Of a DNA stretch of 64,000 bases, positions 20,386-30,557 are shown piece by piece. Positions within the stretch are counted from its first letter, which is position 1, and each line of letters starts with the position of its first letter. Made by a program: the position numbers and the translations under genes. The stretch covers positions 1,525-65,524 of the forward strand of contig JAPLXO010000006.1 in assembly GCA_026396065.1 (NCBI GenBank), in the 5' to 3' direction. Below the pieces are notes generated by a model. It was not told the origin of the DNA, did not search any database, and worked only from the letters and a program-made list of their open reading frames with translations. Origin of the DNA: Candidatus Nomurabacteria bacterium (GTDB taxonomy: Bacteria > Patescibacteriota > Minisyncoccia > Phycocordibacterales > UBA9973).

Positions 20386-20793
20386 TTATGTGCCCTTAAC
20401 CTGTGGAATAACATACTCAATACCAAATGTATTTGCGAATATTGAAACGATACCCCAAATCGATACCATCACAGTGAGAGCAATCAATCCCCACATCATA
20501 AATTGCCTTCCCTCTTCACGCTTCTTTTCTTCATCTGAATTCATTAAATATTTAAGTACACCCCACACAAATGAAGCTACGGCCAAAGACATGACCAGAG
20601 GAATTATTGAAGAAATAATATTACAAGTCACAAAGTTTAAAAGATTTGCTACTTTTGGATGTGCAGTCAAAGTACAATTGCCTAATACGCCATGACCTAC
20701 TCCAGGATCTGGTGCTTGAGCTAAGGAAATCACTGGTATAACTGTGATAGCCAATACTGCTATAGAAAATATTATATGTTGTATTTTTGTCAT
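20386..20793 (-). CDS. VirB2/TrbC-like pilin
   Basis: Signal peptide, WGVLKY..DEEKKREEGRQFMMWGLIAL..SIWGIV. Confidence 0.82.
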   Translation of the reverse strand: MTKIQHIIFSIAVLAITVIPVISLAQAPDPGVGHGVLGNCTLTAHPKVANLLNFVTCNIISSIIPLVMSLAVASFVWGVLKYLMNSDEEKKREEGRQFMMWGLIALTVMVSIWGIVSIFANTFGIEYVIPQVKGT

Positions 20794-20809
20794 TTAATTT
20801 AAAATTATT

Positions 20810-21196
20810 TTATAATGCTAATACTGTCTCAGATATAACTTGCGCGAGTGCCCATGCACCTAGCAATATAGCTGCTCCGATAATTGTATACATAAAAGCA
20901 TCTTTTGCTTTTTTTAACTTTTCACTATTACCACTAGCTGATACAAAAAGAAAACCAGAATAAACTATTGCCAGAACAATAACTGGTATCCCGATTTTTA
21001 TTACTCCTACCAATATTGTTCTCAAAAATGCATCGAGGGTAGATGTAGAAATAGGATTACAGACTTTACCTGGTTCACAATTTGCTGGTGGATCTACAGC
21101 AAAAGTAAAAATTGGAAGTAAGAAAGAAAAAATTGATAAAGCTATTTTTGAAAAGTTTTTCTTAAAATTTATATTTAACATAGTCATATTATACAT
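20810..21196 (-). CDS. VirB2/TrbC-like pilin
   Basis: NPI..., YSGFLFVSASGNSEKLKKAKDAFMYTIIG. Confidence 0.82.
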   Translation of the reverse strand: MYNMTMLNINFKKNFSKIALSIFSFLLPIFTFAVDPPANCEPGKVCNPISTSTLDAFLRTILVGVIKIGIPVIVLAIVYSGFLFVSASGNSEKLKKAKDAFMYTIIGAAILLGAWALAQVISETVLAL

Positions 21197-21200
21197 TATA

Positions 21201-22562
21201 TTAAAATCCTATCCAAGAACCATCATATCCCAATGTGGTTAATATTACATTAATAATGAGCCAAGCTCCCACAGCAAAGACAATACCTTTTATGACACTC
21301 ATTAAAACTTTTTTAGCTTTCGTTCTAGTATTTGCCTCGCCTCCACTAGTAATAAAAAGGAAACCGGAATAAGCAAACATCATAGCTGCTATTGGTATAA
21401 GCAGAATAAAAAGAATATAACGAACAACTTTATTTATTAAAGCCATAAGATCATTGAAGCCACAAGGATTTGTGACTTGTGAACCTACATTTACTCCGTT
21501 AATTTTTGTATCTTTTGGATATTGCTTTGTACCGCAAGGTACAAGACCACTGAAGCTGATACCGGATCCGCCTCCAGAACCGACATTACCTCCGTCACCA
21601 CCACCACCGCCTCCTCCTACTACTATTGGGTCTGTCATTAATGTCGTAAAAGAAATAGGTGCTACGGCATTTTCACCACCACCGTCAATAACATATCCTT
21701 TATAATTTCCTCCAGGTGTCAACCCAGAAAAACCAGCTTCTGCATTTCCATTAGAATCTGAAGTGACTCCACTTTGATTTTGATAATATGATGCTGTACC
21801 AGTATCACTATAAACACTAAATCCGTATTGTGAATTAGGAGTGAGTGCTGTTCCACTCAAAGTAACCAATGTAGATGTATAATCAGCACCTCCAACCCCA
21901 GTAGTAGTAGGACCTCCGGTAGGTACTGGAGGTGGATTCCCTCCACCAGATGAATTTATGGTGTAAGTGAAAGAAGCAACAGCAGAAGCTACTCCATGGG
22001 GATCACAAGCTATAGCTTTTATTGTTTTTGTAGTTGTAATTTGAAATGGATTTGTAGTGGAACCAAGAGAACAAGTAGGAGTAGACGCATCATCTACGTA
22101 CCTAAAAGATGATCCACTCGTAATACTAGAAAGAGTCACAGATTGAGTTGAAGTAAATGGACCAGCAAGAGGAGAAGGTGTTGCAGTAGGAGCAGAAGGT
22201 AATAAAGTTGTAATATCTAAAGTCGCAACAGTACCGTCAACTAAGTGTATTACTGATGCTGTATAGCTACCACCAGGAACAAGGCCAGAGAAAGGAGTAG
22301 ATGTTACAGCTGTACCTATATTATTTGAAGTTACTGATTGATTATTTGTATATGCTACAGTACCGGAATCAGAAACAAGCTTAATAGTATATTGTGTACT
22401 GACTTCTAAACCTGAAGCACTCAATGTAACGGATGTAGTTGTTATATTTAAAGTTGTAATAATTGCATCAGCAAAAACATTGTTTGCAAAACTAAAAGAA
22501 AAGAGAAATAAAAATACTATCGAAGTGAATTTCATAATAAAGTTTTGTTTTAATATTTTCAT
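21201..22562 (-). CDS. large pilin-family protein with beta-sandwich (FN3/CHB-HEX-C-like) domains
   Basis: Signal peptide, two similar beta repeats (FSGL.PGG.Y), T.TIKAIA domain, Gly linker, C-terminal YSGFLFITSGG..AKK pilin domain. Confidence 0.75.
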   Translation of the reverse strand: MKILKQNFIMKFTSIVFLFLFSFSFANNVFADAIITTLNITTTSVTLSASGLEVSTQYTIKLVSDSGTVAYTNNQSVTSNNIGTAVTSTPFSGLVPGGSYTASVIHLVDGTVATLDITTLLPSAPTATPSPLAGPFTSTQSVTLSSITSGSSFRYVDDASTPTCSLGSTTNPFQITTTKTIKAIACDPHGVASAVASFTYTINSSGGGNPPPVPTGGPTTTGVGGADYTSTLVTLSGTALTPNSQYGFSVYSDTGTASYYQNQSGVTSDSNGNAEAGFSGLTPGGNYKGYVIDGGGENAVAPISFTTLMTDPIVVGGGGGGGDGGNVGSGGGSGISFSGLVPCGTKQYPKDTKINGVNVGSQVTNPCGFNDLMALINKVVRYILFILLIPIAAMMFAYSGFLFITSGGEANTRTKAKKVLMSVIKGIVFAVGAWLIINVILTTLGYDGSWIGF

Positions 22563-22567
22563 AAATT

Positions 22568-23860
22568 TTATTTCTGTAGAAGAAGCCCAAGCTTAGATGA
22601 GGCATCCCCTATAGACTGATTAGATGATAAATTATTCGACAAAACATTTTCTACCATTTTTTGAAAAATAGTATTTGTCTCAGATGGTGAAGGGTCAACC
22701 CAGCTTTTCGCATATAAAGCAGAATTGTAAAAAACGGGTGCAAAAGAATTTGTAGGTTTACTTGCAAGTAAATCTCGTCTAGCTGGTGCTATGGAAAGAC
22801 TATTTGCAAACTCTTTAGCAAAATCACTAGTAGCTAAAATATTTGCAACACTAAATGCTAATGGTGCATTTTTTGTATAAGCGGAAATAGCTATAGCTTT
22901 TGTGTGCCCAAAAGTAAGTTTGAAATTTGAACTTTTAATTTGAGGAATAGCACTAACTGCAAAATTTTGATTTGGATTTTTAGCAGACAATGATGCTAGC
23001 TCGCTAGCATATCCAAAATAAAATGCTAAATTATCAGAACTAAAATAATTACGAGAATTTGGTAGAGATGCATTCCAAGAATAAAAACTATTAATTGGGT
23101 TAGAAAAGTTTGTGTAGAAATTTAAAGTCTCTTCTAAATTTCCAAAGGATAACTCACTCAAGGTTGAATAGAAGGCTTCGTTTTTTCTTAAAACAATAGG
23201 ATTTCCTGCTTGCATAAAAATGGTAGCTAGAATATCTTTCGCATGTTCTATATTGGCAAATTGTCCTAATGCAATAGTACTTTTTATTATATTTCCAGAA
23301 GAATCTTTTTTTGTTAAAGTAGGAACAAGATTACTAAGATCATCCCAATAAACTGGTGGATTTGGTATATTATTAGCATCTAAAATATTGCGATTATAAT
23401 ACATGACCATAGGGTCTATCGTTAATGGTAATGCTAGTATTCCATTATTATTTAAATATATTTCACCAGATTGTGCAAAAGTACTATTGAAAGATGAAGC
23501 CGGAAAACTAATGTAAGGTATTGGCATTATTTTGTTTTTATAATGAAAAATTAGATTATCTGGCAAAATAAACATGTCAGGGCCAGCGCTAGCAGCCAAA
23601 GCTTCTAATAATTCTTGATCAAAAGTTGTAGGATCTTTTTGTATATACTTAATAACTATGTTTGGATTATTCATAGCATAATAATTCAAAGCACTAGTTA
23701 AAACCTCTGTGGTTTCCGTACCCCACAAAACAACAGTACCTTTTAGCACAGCTTTATCTTTATTACCAATAGGTATCATTCCGGAAAAAACCAAAACACC
23801 GAAAACAGCTCCTGCAATAAATATTATTAAAACTATAAGTTGAAAATTGTTACCTTTCAT
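22568..23860 (-). CDS. extracellular solute-binding protein (family 1-like)
   Basis: N-terminal TM anchor, VLWG, GPDMF, LPL..D..VMYYN, P.YWDD. Confidence 0.8.
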   Translation of the reverse strand: MKGNNFQLIVLIIFIAGAVFGVLVFSGMIPIGNKDKAVLKGTVVLWGTETTEVLTSALNYYAMNNPNIVIKYIQKDPTTFDQELLEALAASAGPDMFILPDNLIFHYKNKIMPIPYISFPASSFNSTFAQSGEIYLNNNGILALPLTIDPMVMYYNRNILDANNIPNPPVYWDDLSNLVPTLTKKDSSGNIIKSTIALGQFANIEHAKDILATIFMQAGNPIVLRKNEAFYSTLSELSFGNLEETLNFYTNFSNPINSFYSWNASLPNSRNYFSSDNLAFYFGYASELASLSAKNPNQNFAVSAIPQIKSSNFKLTFGHTKAIAISAYTKNAPLAFSVANILATSDFAKEFANSLSIAPARRDLLASKPTNSFAPVFYNSALYAKSWVDPSPSETNTIFQKMVENVLSNNLSSNQSIGDASSKLGLLLQK

Positions 23861-23861
23861 A

Positions 23862-24386
23862 TTATTTCTTTCTAAATATCATACCATAATGATGTTCACC
23901 AGCGGAAATTTCTTTATCTAACATAAACAACTCTTCTGTAAAATGTTTGTGTGCATCTGGTTTAAGAAAAAGCATTTCAGATTTTGGACTAAAAGGAGAA
24001 GGAGTTTCAGACCAATCAATAAAAAGCACTCGCCCACCGGATTTTAAAATCCGGTGGGCTTCTTTTATGACTTTCTTTTTATTTTGTGCCATAAATAAAA
24101 CATTTGATAGTATTACAACATCTACAATATTTTCTGCAATATTAGTGCCTCCTATTTTTTCAATATCACCCCAAATAGTTTCTATATTATTAAGATTATC
24201 ACTTTCCGAATTAATTTTAATTGTAGTTAAAAAATCTTTCTGAATATCAATAGCATACACCTTACCATTTGGTACCATTTTTCCGGCATGAATAGAATAA
24301 AAACCACTCCCAGCTCCAAGATCGGCAACGATCATAGAATCAGCTAAGCCAAAGTTTTGTAAGATTTTAACTGGATCAGGAAACAT
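23862..24386 (-). CDS. class I SAM-dependent methyltransferase
   Basis: VADLGAGSG, VYAIDIQ, RILKSGGRVLFIDW. Confidence 0.88.
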   Translation of the reverse strand: MFPDPVKILQNFGLADSMIVADLGAGSGFYSIHAGKMVPNGKVYAIDIQKDFLTTIKINSESDNLNNIETIWGDIEKIGGTNIAENIVDVVILSNVLFMAQNKKKVIKEAHRILKSGGRVLFIDWSETPSPFSPKSEMLFLKPDAHKHFTEELFMLDKEISAGEHHYGMIFRKK

Positions 24387-24410
24387 CTATTTATTATACC
24401 ATTTTAAAAC

Positions 24411-24890
24411 TTAAACAACAGGTTTATAGCTTTTCCCAATAAACCTCCAGGATAGTTTTATACTAAATTCAGGAAATTGTTTTAGAACCCAATTTAAATA
24501 GGTATTACTATTTGGACCTCGCAGAGAATATGTTTGAGTATATGGATATAACTCTTTTGATTTCTCAATAAGTTCTAGACATTTCTGTGCAGGAGAATTT
24601 TCATCCCCTTCTAGAAATCCAAGTAAGTCTGAATCCCAATGTTTTTTTGAAAACGAAAACATTTTTACTCCTTGATATGGAGGTAATGCATTTAAATGTA
24701 AGTACCCGAAACATTTTTCAGGGCAACAATTTTTTTTATGAACGACTTCGTAACGCGAAATATTTCCTTTTTTATTTAATACAAACCACGGATGTCGAGC
24801 AAAGTTAAACGGAAAATAAGCAGGACAAGCAAAAACAAAAACCTGATATTTATCTTCTTTGATTAGTTTTTTAAATTCGTCTTGAGACAT
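24411..24890 (-). CDS. DUF3750-like protein
   Basis: FARHPW..RYEV..YPY..Y..GPNSNTY pattern. Confidence 0.65.
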   Translation of the reverse strand: MSQDEFKKLIKEDKYQVFVFACPAYFPFNFARHPWFVLNKKGNISRYEVVHKKNCCPEKCFGYLHLNALPPYQGVKMFSFSKKHWDSDLLGFLEGDENSPAQKCLELIEKSKELYPYTQTYSLRGPNSNTYLNWVLKQFPEFSIKLSWRFIGKSYKPVV

Positions 24891-24897
24891 ATTAATT

Positions 24898-25830
24898 TTA
24901 AGATAATTTAGCTAAAGCATCCTTTAGGGTTGGAAGTAGGGCTTCCACATTTCCTTTTACATGTTCTTTATTTCTAAAAAATATTTTTCTTATTAAAACA
25001 GTTACTAAATATTTGATGACTATTGGGTCATTAGCCAATTCACCATAACCCTTTTTAAAAGCTTCTTGCTCTCTGGGATGTTGATGCGCTAAGCTTATAG
25101 CTATATCATATCGTGGATCACCAGCCATTAATGCCCCTAAATCAATAAGTCCTGAGATTTCAGTACCTTTTACAAAAAAATGTCCTCTGTGCATATCATG
25201 ATGCAATAGTGATGTCTCGTTCCCAATATTTAATAAACTAATTTCTTCATATGCTTTTTTAACTTTTTCAATATCTTCTCCTATTATATAATTCTTTTCT
25301 ACTGCAAAATCAAAAACTTTTTTACTATATTCTCCACGTGATTCATCGTATTCTTTATATGTTGAAAATTTACCAGCCAATTCTCCGTCCTCTACCTTTA
25401 AAGGACCATATCCTTTTAACTTAGTTTCATGGATTTTTTTTAACAACTTTCCTACATTTTCATAAACAATATCTTTTTCTTCTGGAGATAGCTTTAATTC
25501 AGGAATAATATTGCCTAGGGCCGAAGACATGATCATTGTCGGAAATCCTATTGATGGGGGATTTTCTTTATAAGCAATTATTTTTGGTACTGGTATTCCC
25601 TGCTCTTCAAATCTTTTATATCCGAGTAACTCTACTTCAAAAACCCTAGGGTCTTTGTTCATTCTTATGAAAACATTTTTATTTTCAAGATCTCCTTTAT
25701 AAACTTGATTAGAATATCCTTTTGTTATTTTTTCTGTATTTATAATTTCAAAACCAAAGTCATTTTTGATGGCCTTTTCTAATTCTTTACCTTCCAAGCT
25801 AGAAATATTATGATTATGTTTTTCAAACAT
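24898..25830 (-). CDS. aminoglycoside phosphotransferase/kinase-like protein
   Basis: GYSNQVY, LLHHDMHRGH, GLIDLG, GDPRYD. Confidence 0.8.
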   Translation of the reverse strand: MFEKHNHNISSLEGKELEKAIKNDFGFEIINTEKITKGYSNQVYKGDLENKNVFIRMNKDPRVFEVELLGYKRFEEQGIPVPKIIAYKENPPSIGFPTMIMSSALGNIIPELKLSPEEKDIVYENVGKLLKKIHETKLKGYGPLKVEDGELAGKFSTYKEYDESRGEYSKKVFDFAVEKNYIIGEDIEKVKKAYEEISLLNIGNETSLLHHDMHRGHFFVKGTEISGLIDLGALMAGDPRYDIAISLAHQHPREQEAFKKGYGELANDPIVIKYLVTVLIRKIFFRNKEHVKGNVEALLPTLKDALAKLS

Positions 25831-25848
25831 ATAATTTTCTCGAAACTT

Positions 25849-28317
25849 TTACGCGCAAGTAAGTGATGCAATACCATCGCCAGCGCGGAGGCGCATAATT
25901 GTGACACCTTGTGTTTGACGGCCGAGAGATGGAATATCTTTTAGAGCTGTGCGGATCACTTGACCCTTCTTTGACATAGCGATCAATTCTTCTTCCTCGC
26001 CAGTGATAACTTTTGCCACGATGAGCTTGCCAGTTTTTGGAGTCACTTTTGCAGTCTTAATTCCAGAGCCACCGCGATTTTGAACTTTATATTCTTTAAG
26101 TGAAGTTTTCTTACCGAGACCGTTTGCAGACATCGTGAGGAAAAATCCTTCAGATCCACCTTTTGCTTTTTTAATAACGTCGACACCTATAATAGTATCT
26201 CCTTTGCCAAGTTTCATTCCGCGCACACCTCCTGCAGTGCGACCCATTTCACGAATGTCGGATTCTTTAAATCTGATTGATTGACCTTCACTTGTAGCGA
26301 GCATGACTTCATCACCTTTTTCTACTATCAATGCTGACGCGAGTTCATCCCCTTTATCTAAACGAATAGCAATGAGTCCACTTCGGCGAACATCTTTAAA
26401 TGCTTCACCGGCCATTTTCTTTGTAGTGCCATCTTTTGTAATAAGCATTAATGAAATTGGATTCTTTTTCATTTCTTTCGGCATTGGTAAAATTGAAGTA
26501 ACTTTTTCTTCACCAGCTAGTGATAAGAAATTCATAATTGATTTTCCTTTTGTCGCACGACGGCCTTCAGGAATGTCATACATTTTTATTTGGTAAGCTT
26601 TTCCGAGATTTGTGAAGAACAATAAATCACTATGTGTAGAACCAGATACGAGCATTGTCACGAAATCTTCTTCTTTTGTTTCAAGGTCGACGACACCGAC
26701 ACCTCCACGCTTTTGTGATTTGTATTCACCTGGGTCAGTACGTTTTACATATCCGCCTGCAGTGAAAACGAGCATTGTTTCTTTTTCTGGAACGAGGTCT
26801 TCTTCGGAAATTTCTTTTACTCCGCCTTTTACTATTTTTGTTCGGCGTTCATCAGCATATTTCTCACGAATTTCTTTTAATTCATCAGATATAACTTTCA
26901 ACATTTTCTTTGGACTTGCAAGCAATTCTTTTATTGCTTTAATGAAATTTTGTTTCTCTTTCAATTCTTCTTCAATAAGTTTTCTTTCGAGACCTGCGAG
27001 CTTTTGTAATTTCATTTCCAAAATTGCTTGCGCCTGTAAATCAGAGAATTTAAATTCTTTCATCAATGCAAGCTTCGCAGTAGCTCCATCTTTTGATGCA
27101 CGAATAGTCTTGATAACTTTATCAATAAAGTCCAAAGCTTTTTTCAAACCGAGCAAAATATGCTCGCGTTCTTCAGCTTTTCGTAAATCATATAAAGACC
27201 TTCTTTTTACTACTTCTTTTCGGTGTTTTATGAATTCTGAAAGAATTGAAGTAAGTGACAAAGTTTGTGGAACACCATCTACAAGTGCAACCATATTGAA
27301 ATTAAAATTTTGTTCGAGTTGAGTATTTTTATAAATATAATTTAAAACTTTTTCTGGATATGCACCAGATTTTAAATCGATAACTACACGAATATCTTTT
27401 GTGGATTCATCACGAAGACCTTTTATACCTTCTAGTTTTTTCTCTTGCACGAGTTCAGCAATAGCCATTATCAAATTTGATTTATTTACACGGAAAGGAA
27501 TTGATGTAATTATAATTTGGAAAAGTCCACCTTTCATTTCGACAATTTCAGCTTCGCCACGACAAACGACTCCACCTCTACCTGTAGAATATGCATGAAG
27601 CATATCTTTATTTCCGAAAGCTATTCCGCCTGTTGGGAAATCGGGACCTTTTATGAATTGCATGAGGTCTTCTGTTGTTGCATCTTCATTTTCTGTGAGG
27701 TGAATTGTCGCGTCCAAAACTTCTGCGAGATTATGAGAAGGAATATTTGTCGCCATACCTACAGCAATACCAAGAGTTCCATTTAAGAGAAGTGCTGGCA
27801 CAGCGGATGGCAGAACGATTGGTTCTTTTCTTGTCTGATCGTAGTTTGGACGATAATCAACTGTTTCTTTTTCTAAATCACGAAGAAGTTCATTTGAGAT
27901 TTTAGACATTTTTGCTTCTGTATAACGCATAGCAGCAGCGTTGTCACCATCAATAGAACCAAAGTTTCCTTGACCAATAACTAACGGATAACGATAAGAA
28001 AATTCTTGCGCCATATTTACCATTGCATCATATACAGAAATATCTCCGTGTGGGTGATATTTCCCGAGCACATCTCCCACTACTGCAGCGGACTTTCTAA
28101 AACGCGCAGAAGAAGTGAGACCCATTTCATTCATAGCAAATAAAATACGACGGTGAACTGGTTTTAATCCATCACGCACATCTGGAAGTGCACGAGAAGT
28201 GATCACAGACATAGCATAAGCGAGATATGATTCTTTCATTTCCGCGACAATATTTATAGGAATTATACTTTCCCTTTTTGGTGCCTCACTTTCAACTGAA
28301 ATACTTTTTTTAGCCAT
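25849..28317 (-). CDS. gyrA: DNA gyrase subunit A
   Basis: [23 protein letters not shown] catalytic Tyr, GyrA-box QKRGGVG, beta-pinwheel repeats. Confidence 0.97.
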   Translation of the reverse strand: MAKKSISVESEAPKRESIIPINIVAEMKESYLAYAMSVITSRALPDVRDGLKPVHRRILFAMNEMGLTSSARFRKSAAVVGDVLGKYHPHGDISVYDAMVNMAQEFSYRYPLVIGQGNFGSIDGDNAAAMRYTEAKMSKISNELLRDLEKETVDYRPNYDQTRKEPIVLPSAVPALLLNGTLGIAVGMATNIPSHNLAEVLDATIHLTENEDATTEDLMQFIKGPDFPTGGIAFGNKDMLHAYSTGRGGVVCRGEAEIVEMKGGLFQIIITSIPFRVNKSNLIMAIAELVQEKKLEGIKGLRDESTKDIRVVIDLKSGAYPEKVLNYIYKNTQLEQNFNFNMVALVDGVPQTLSLTSILSEFIKHRKEVVKRRSLYDLRKAEEREHILLGLKKALDFIDKVIKTIRASKDGATAKLALMKEFKFSDLQAQAILEMKLQKLAGLERKLIEEELKEKQNFIKAIKELLASPKKMLKVISDELKEIREKYADERRTKIVKGGVKEISEEDLVPEKETMLVFTAGGYVKRTDPGEYKSQKRGGVGVVDLETKEEDFVTMLVSGSTHSDLLFFTNLGKAYQIKMYDIPEGRRATKGKSIMNFLSLAGEEKVTSILPMPKEMKKNPISLMLITKDGTTKKMAGEAFKDVRRSGLIAIRLDKGDELASALIVEKGDEVMLATSEGQSIRFKESDIREMGRTAGGVRGMKLGKGDTIIGVDVIKKAKGGSEGFFLTMSANGLGKKTSLKEYKVQNRGGSGIKTAKVTPKTGKLIVAKVITGEEEELIAMSKKGQVIRTALKDIPSLGRQTQGVTIMRLRAGDGIASLTCA

Positions 28318-28326
28318 ATAATTGGA

Positions 28327-28587
28327 TTATCTTACCACATCAGAAGATGGATTGGAAATACTTTTATATCCATCAACCATATTATCTTTTAAAACTGAAA
28401 ATGGTTGTAAACTTTTTTTAACAGAAATAGTAGTTTCTTCTTTTCCTAATCTTTGACCTAAACTACGAGCCCAAACTAAAACTAAAATAATAGTACATGC
28501 AATTATTGTGATACTTAAAATTTGCTCTCTAACCTCTTTTGGCTGTTGTCTTAATTTATGTACTGTTTTATGTATATGTTTAATCAT
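28327..28587 (-). CDS. hypothetical single-TM protein
   Basis: 86 aa, basic N-terminus plus TM helix, in operon context. Confidence 0.65.
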   Translation of the reverse strand: MIKHIHKTVHKLRQQPKEVREQILSITIIACTIILVLVWARSLGQRLGKEETTISVKKSLQPFSVLKDNMVDGYKSISNPSSDVVR

Positions 28588-28598
28588 TTATTTTAAAA

Positions 28599-29225
28599 TT
28601 AATTAGCTTCTAAAATAACTACTTCGCCTTCTTTACCTTCTAAATCTTTTCTCTTTAATGTGAGCTTGTCTTCAGGTTTTTTATTTTCATCTCCAGCTTC
28701 TTTCAAGAATATTTTTAAAGAGTCTTTATCATAGTCCATCGGAATAATTAATTTTGGTTCTAGAGATGCTGCGAGTTTTGCTGCTGATTTTGGATCAAGC
28801 ATGTCTTTACCACCAACAGGAATAAAAAGAACATCTGGTTCATTTATAGCTTCACGAGCTTCTTTGGAAATATCAGCATTACTGAGTGCCCCGAGAAAAA
28901 CTATATTGATACCATCAATAGCCAAAGAATAAATCGTATTAATAAATTTTTTTCCAGCGATTTCAGATTCAGACATTGACCCTTTCACAAAAATTTCTTT
29001 GACTTCATAATCCCCCGGACCAGAAATAACAAATGGCTCACGCTCTCCGTGTGAAAGCTGAGCAATGCCGTTATAGTCGGGATGATTTGTCGTCACGAGT
29101 GCAATATCAGAGCCAAATTTTCCACTATTGAAAAACTTAGAATCTTTGCTGATAGGATTAAAGGCAACAGTCAAATCCCCTTGGCTTATCTTGAAAAACT
29201 GCTTTCCGAAATATGTGATTATCAT
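28599..29225 (-). CDS. MBL-fold metallo-hydrolase-like protein with degenerate metal motif
   Basis: ITYFG..F, PGDYEV, DVLFIPVGG, PKLIIPM; TNHPDY in place of HxHxDH. Confidence 0.75.
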   Translation of the reverse strand: MIITYFGKQFFKISQGDLTVAFNPISKDSKFFNSGKFGSDIALVTTNHPDYNGIAQLSHGEREPFVISGPGDYEVKEIFVKGSMSESEIAGKKFINTIYSLAIDGINIVFLGALSNADISKEAREAINEPDVLFIPVGGKDMLDPKSAAKLAASLEPKLIIPMDYDKDSLKIFLKEAGDENKKPEDKLTLKRKDLEGKEGEVVILEAN

Positions 29226-29262
29226 GATCCTAGTATAACATTTTTAAGAAAATATCCAAACA

Positions 29263-29291
29263 AAAAATCCACCGATTTGGTGGATTTTTTG
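29263..29291 (-). terminator. intrinsic terminator
   Basis: AAAAATCCACC-GATTT-GGTGGATTTTT. Confidence 0.7.
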
Positions 29292-29346
29292 TTTGGATAT
29301 TTTACAGACTATAAAATATTATTTTCTCTATCTCAAAAAAGGGTTT

Positions 29347-30300
29347 TTACTTGGCACTATCACAATTTACCTTAGTCCAATGGGTGGGGGTTGTCTCACC
29401 TGGCTCAACATGTGTAGTCCAAGTACAATGCCAACAATCGCCAAACATACCATCTGTATCAAAATGAGAAGGCCAGATCCATTTTTTATTATTATCATAA
29501 CCACCTGCATCTCCTTCACTTATAAGAAAACCAGTATCCATACCTAACGAGATATTTCCAGTCAGAAAGTGACCTTTCTCACCATTAATATTTGTATTCT
29601 TTATGTATTTATTTGGAACTGTAAAAATATGCCCCGGTATCTTTTTACCATTAGTACTTACCCTTCCAACAAAATTTGTAGTTTTGTCTATATTATTAAT
29701 TTTAATATATTTAGCTATTTCATTATCAGCATACTTTACATAAGAATCATATTCATCTTGCGAATTATACAATGCTGCATCAAATGGCAACTGTATCTTG
29801 GAAGCAATATCACTTAATACTTTGTTCGGTAATTTCGGATTATTAGTAAGAGCTAAAAGAAATAATATTCTAGTTACTGCTACTTTTGCTCTTGTTGTCT
29901 TTGCATCAATATTTATAGTAGGAGAAGCTAATAATTTATTTAATTCAGCTACTTTTATTTTGTCGAGATTCGGAACAGTTGCTATTATTGCTTTTACTGT
30001 CGCTTCTGTTTGTGCAATTTCAATTGCATTCATAGTATCTAAACTTACAACACCAGAAAGTAGATCTACTGTACTATTAGTGACAGTACTAAGAGTTGAT
30101 ACTTTTTTTGCTATTGTGCCATTTGACGCAGATGCTGATGTAGGTTGTACGCTATTTACGATAGAAGCTGTCTGATTTTGAGTAGATACTACAGAATTCT
30201 TTGCAGAGCCGACTAAAAATATTATTGCTAAACTTACTACTACAATACCAGCACCTATTAAATACTTTGTATTTTTATTTGAATTTATATTATCTTCCAT
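29347..30300 (-). CDS. hypothetical membrane-anchored exported protein
   Basis: N-terminal TM helix, S/T-rich linker, Trp/Cys-rich C-terminus. Confidence 0.7.
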   Translation of the reverse strand: MEDNINSNKNTKYLIGAGIVVVSLAIIFLVGSAKNSVVSTQNQTASIVNSVQPTSASASNGTIAKKVSTLSTVTNSTVDLLSGVVSLDTMNAIEIAQTEATVKAIIATVPNLDKIKVAELNKLLASPTINIDAKTTRAKVAVTRILFLLALTNNPKLPNKVLSDIASKIQLPFDAALYNSQDEYDSYVKYADNEIAKYIKINNIDKTTNFVGRVSTNGKKIPGHIFTVPNKYIKNTNINGEKGHFLTGNISLGMDTGFLISEGDAGGYDNNKKWIWPSHFDTDGMFGDCWHCTWTTHVEPGETTPTHWTKVNCDSAK

Positions 30301-30557
30301 AAAGTTTAATTTTTAATTAAAAAATCTATTAATAAAATAAAGTATACCCCCCGACGCCACTTGGCAAGGAAAATATAAAGATTTGGTGGGGATAACTTGC
30401 ATTTTCCCCTCTTATATAGTAGTATCAAATGTATTAAAAGCACTTTTAGGTTAACACCCGAGGGAATACCCAAGGACGCCTAAATTTTAATATCCGCTTT
30501 TTGGCGGATTTTTTTCTTACTAAGGCTTGCCTTAGTTGAAAATATATAGAATAAATT

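Noticed and set aside
24898-25830. Calling the APH-family gene an antibiotic resistance gene
   Set aside because: Only the generic kinase fold is evident; the substrate cannot be inferred
26303-27905. Long antisense ORFs opposite gyrA (similar ones lie opposite clpB and copA)
   Set aside because: Typical antisense shadows of conserved genes with no motifs
30342-30352. GTATACCCCCC resembling a CsoR half-site
   Set aside because: The GGGGTAT half is missing; more likely part of a promoter
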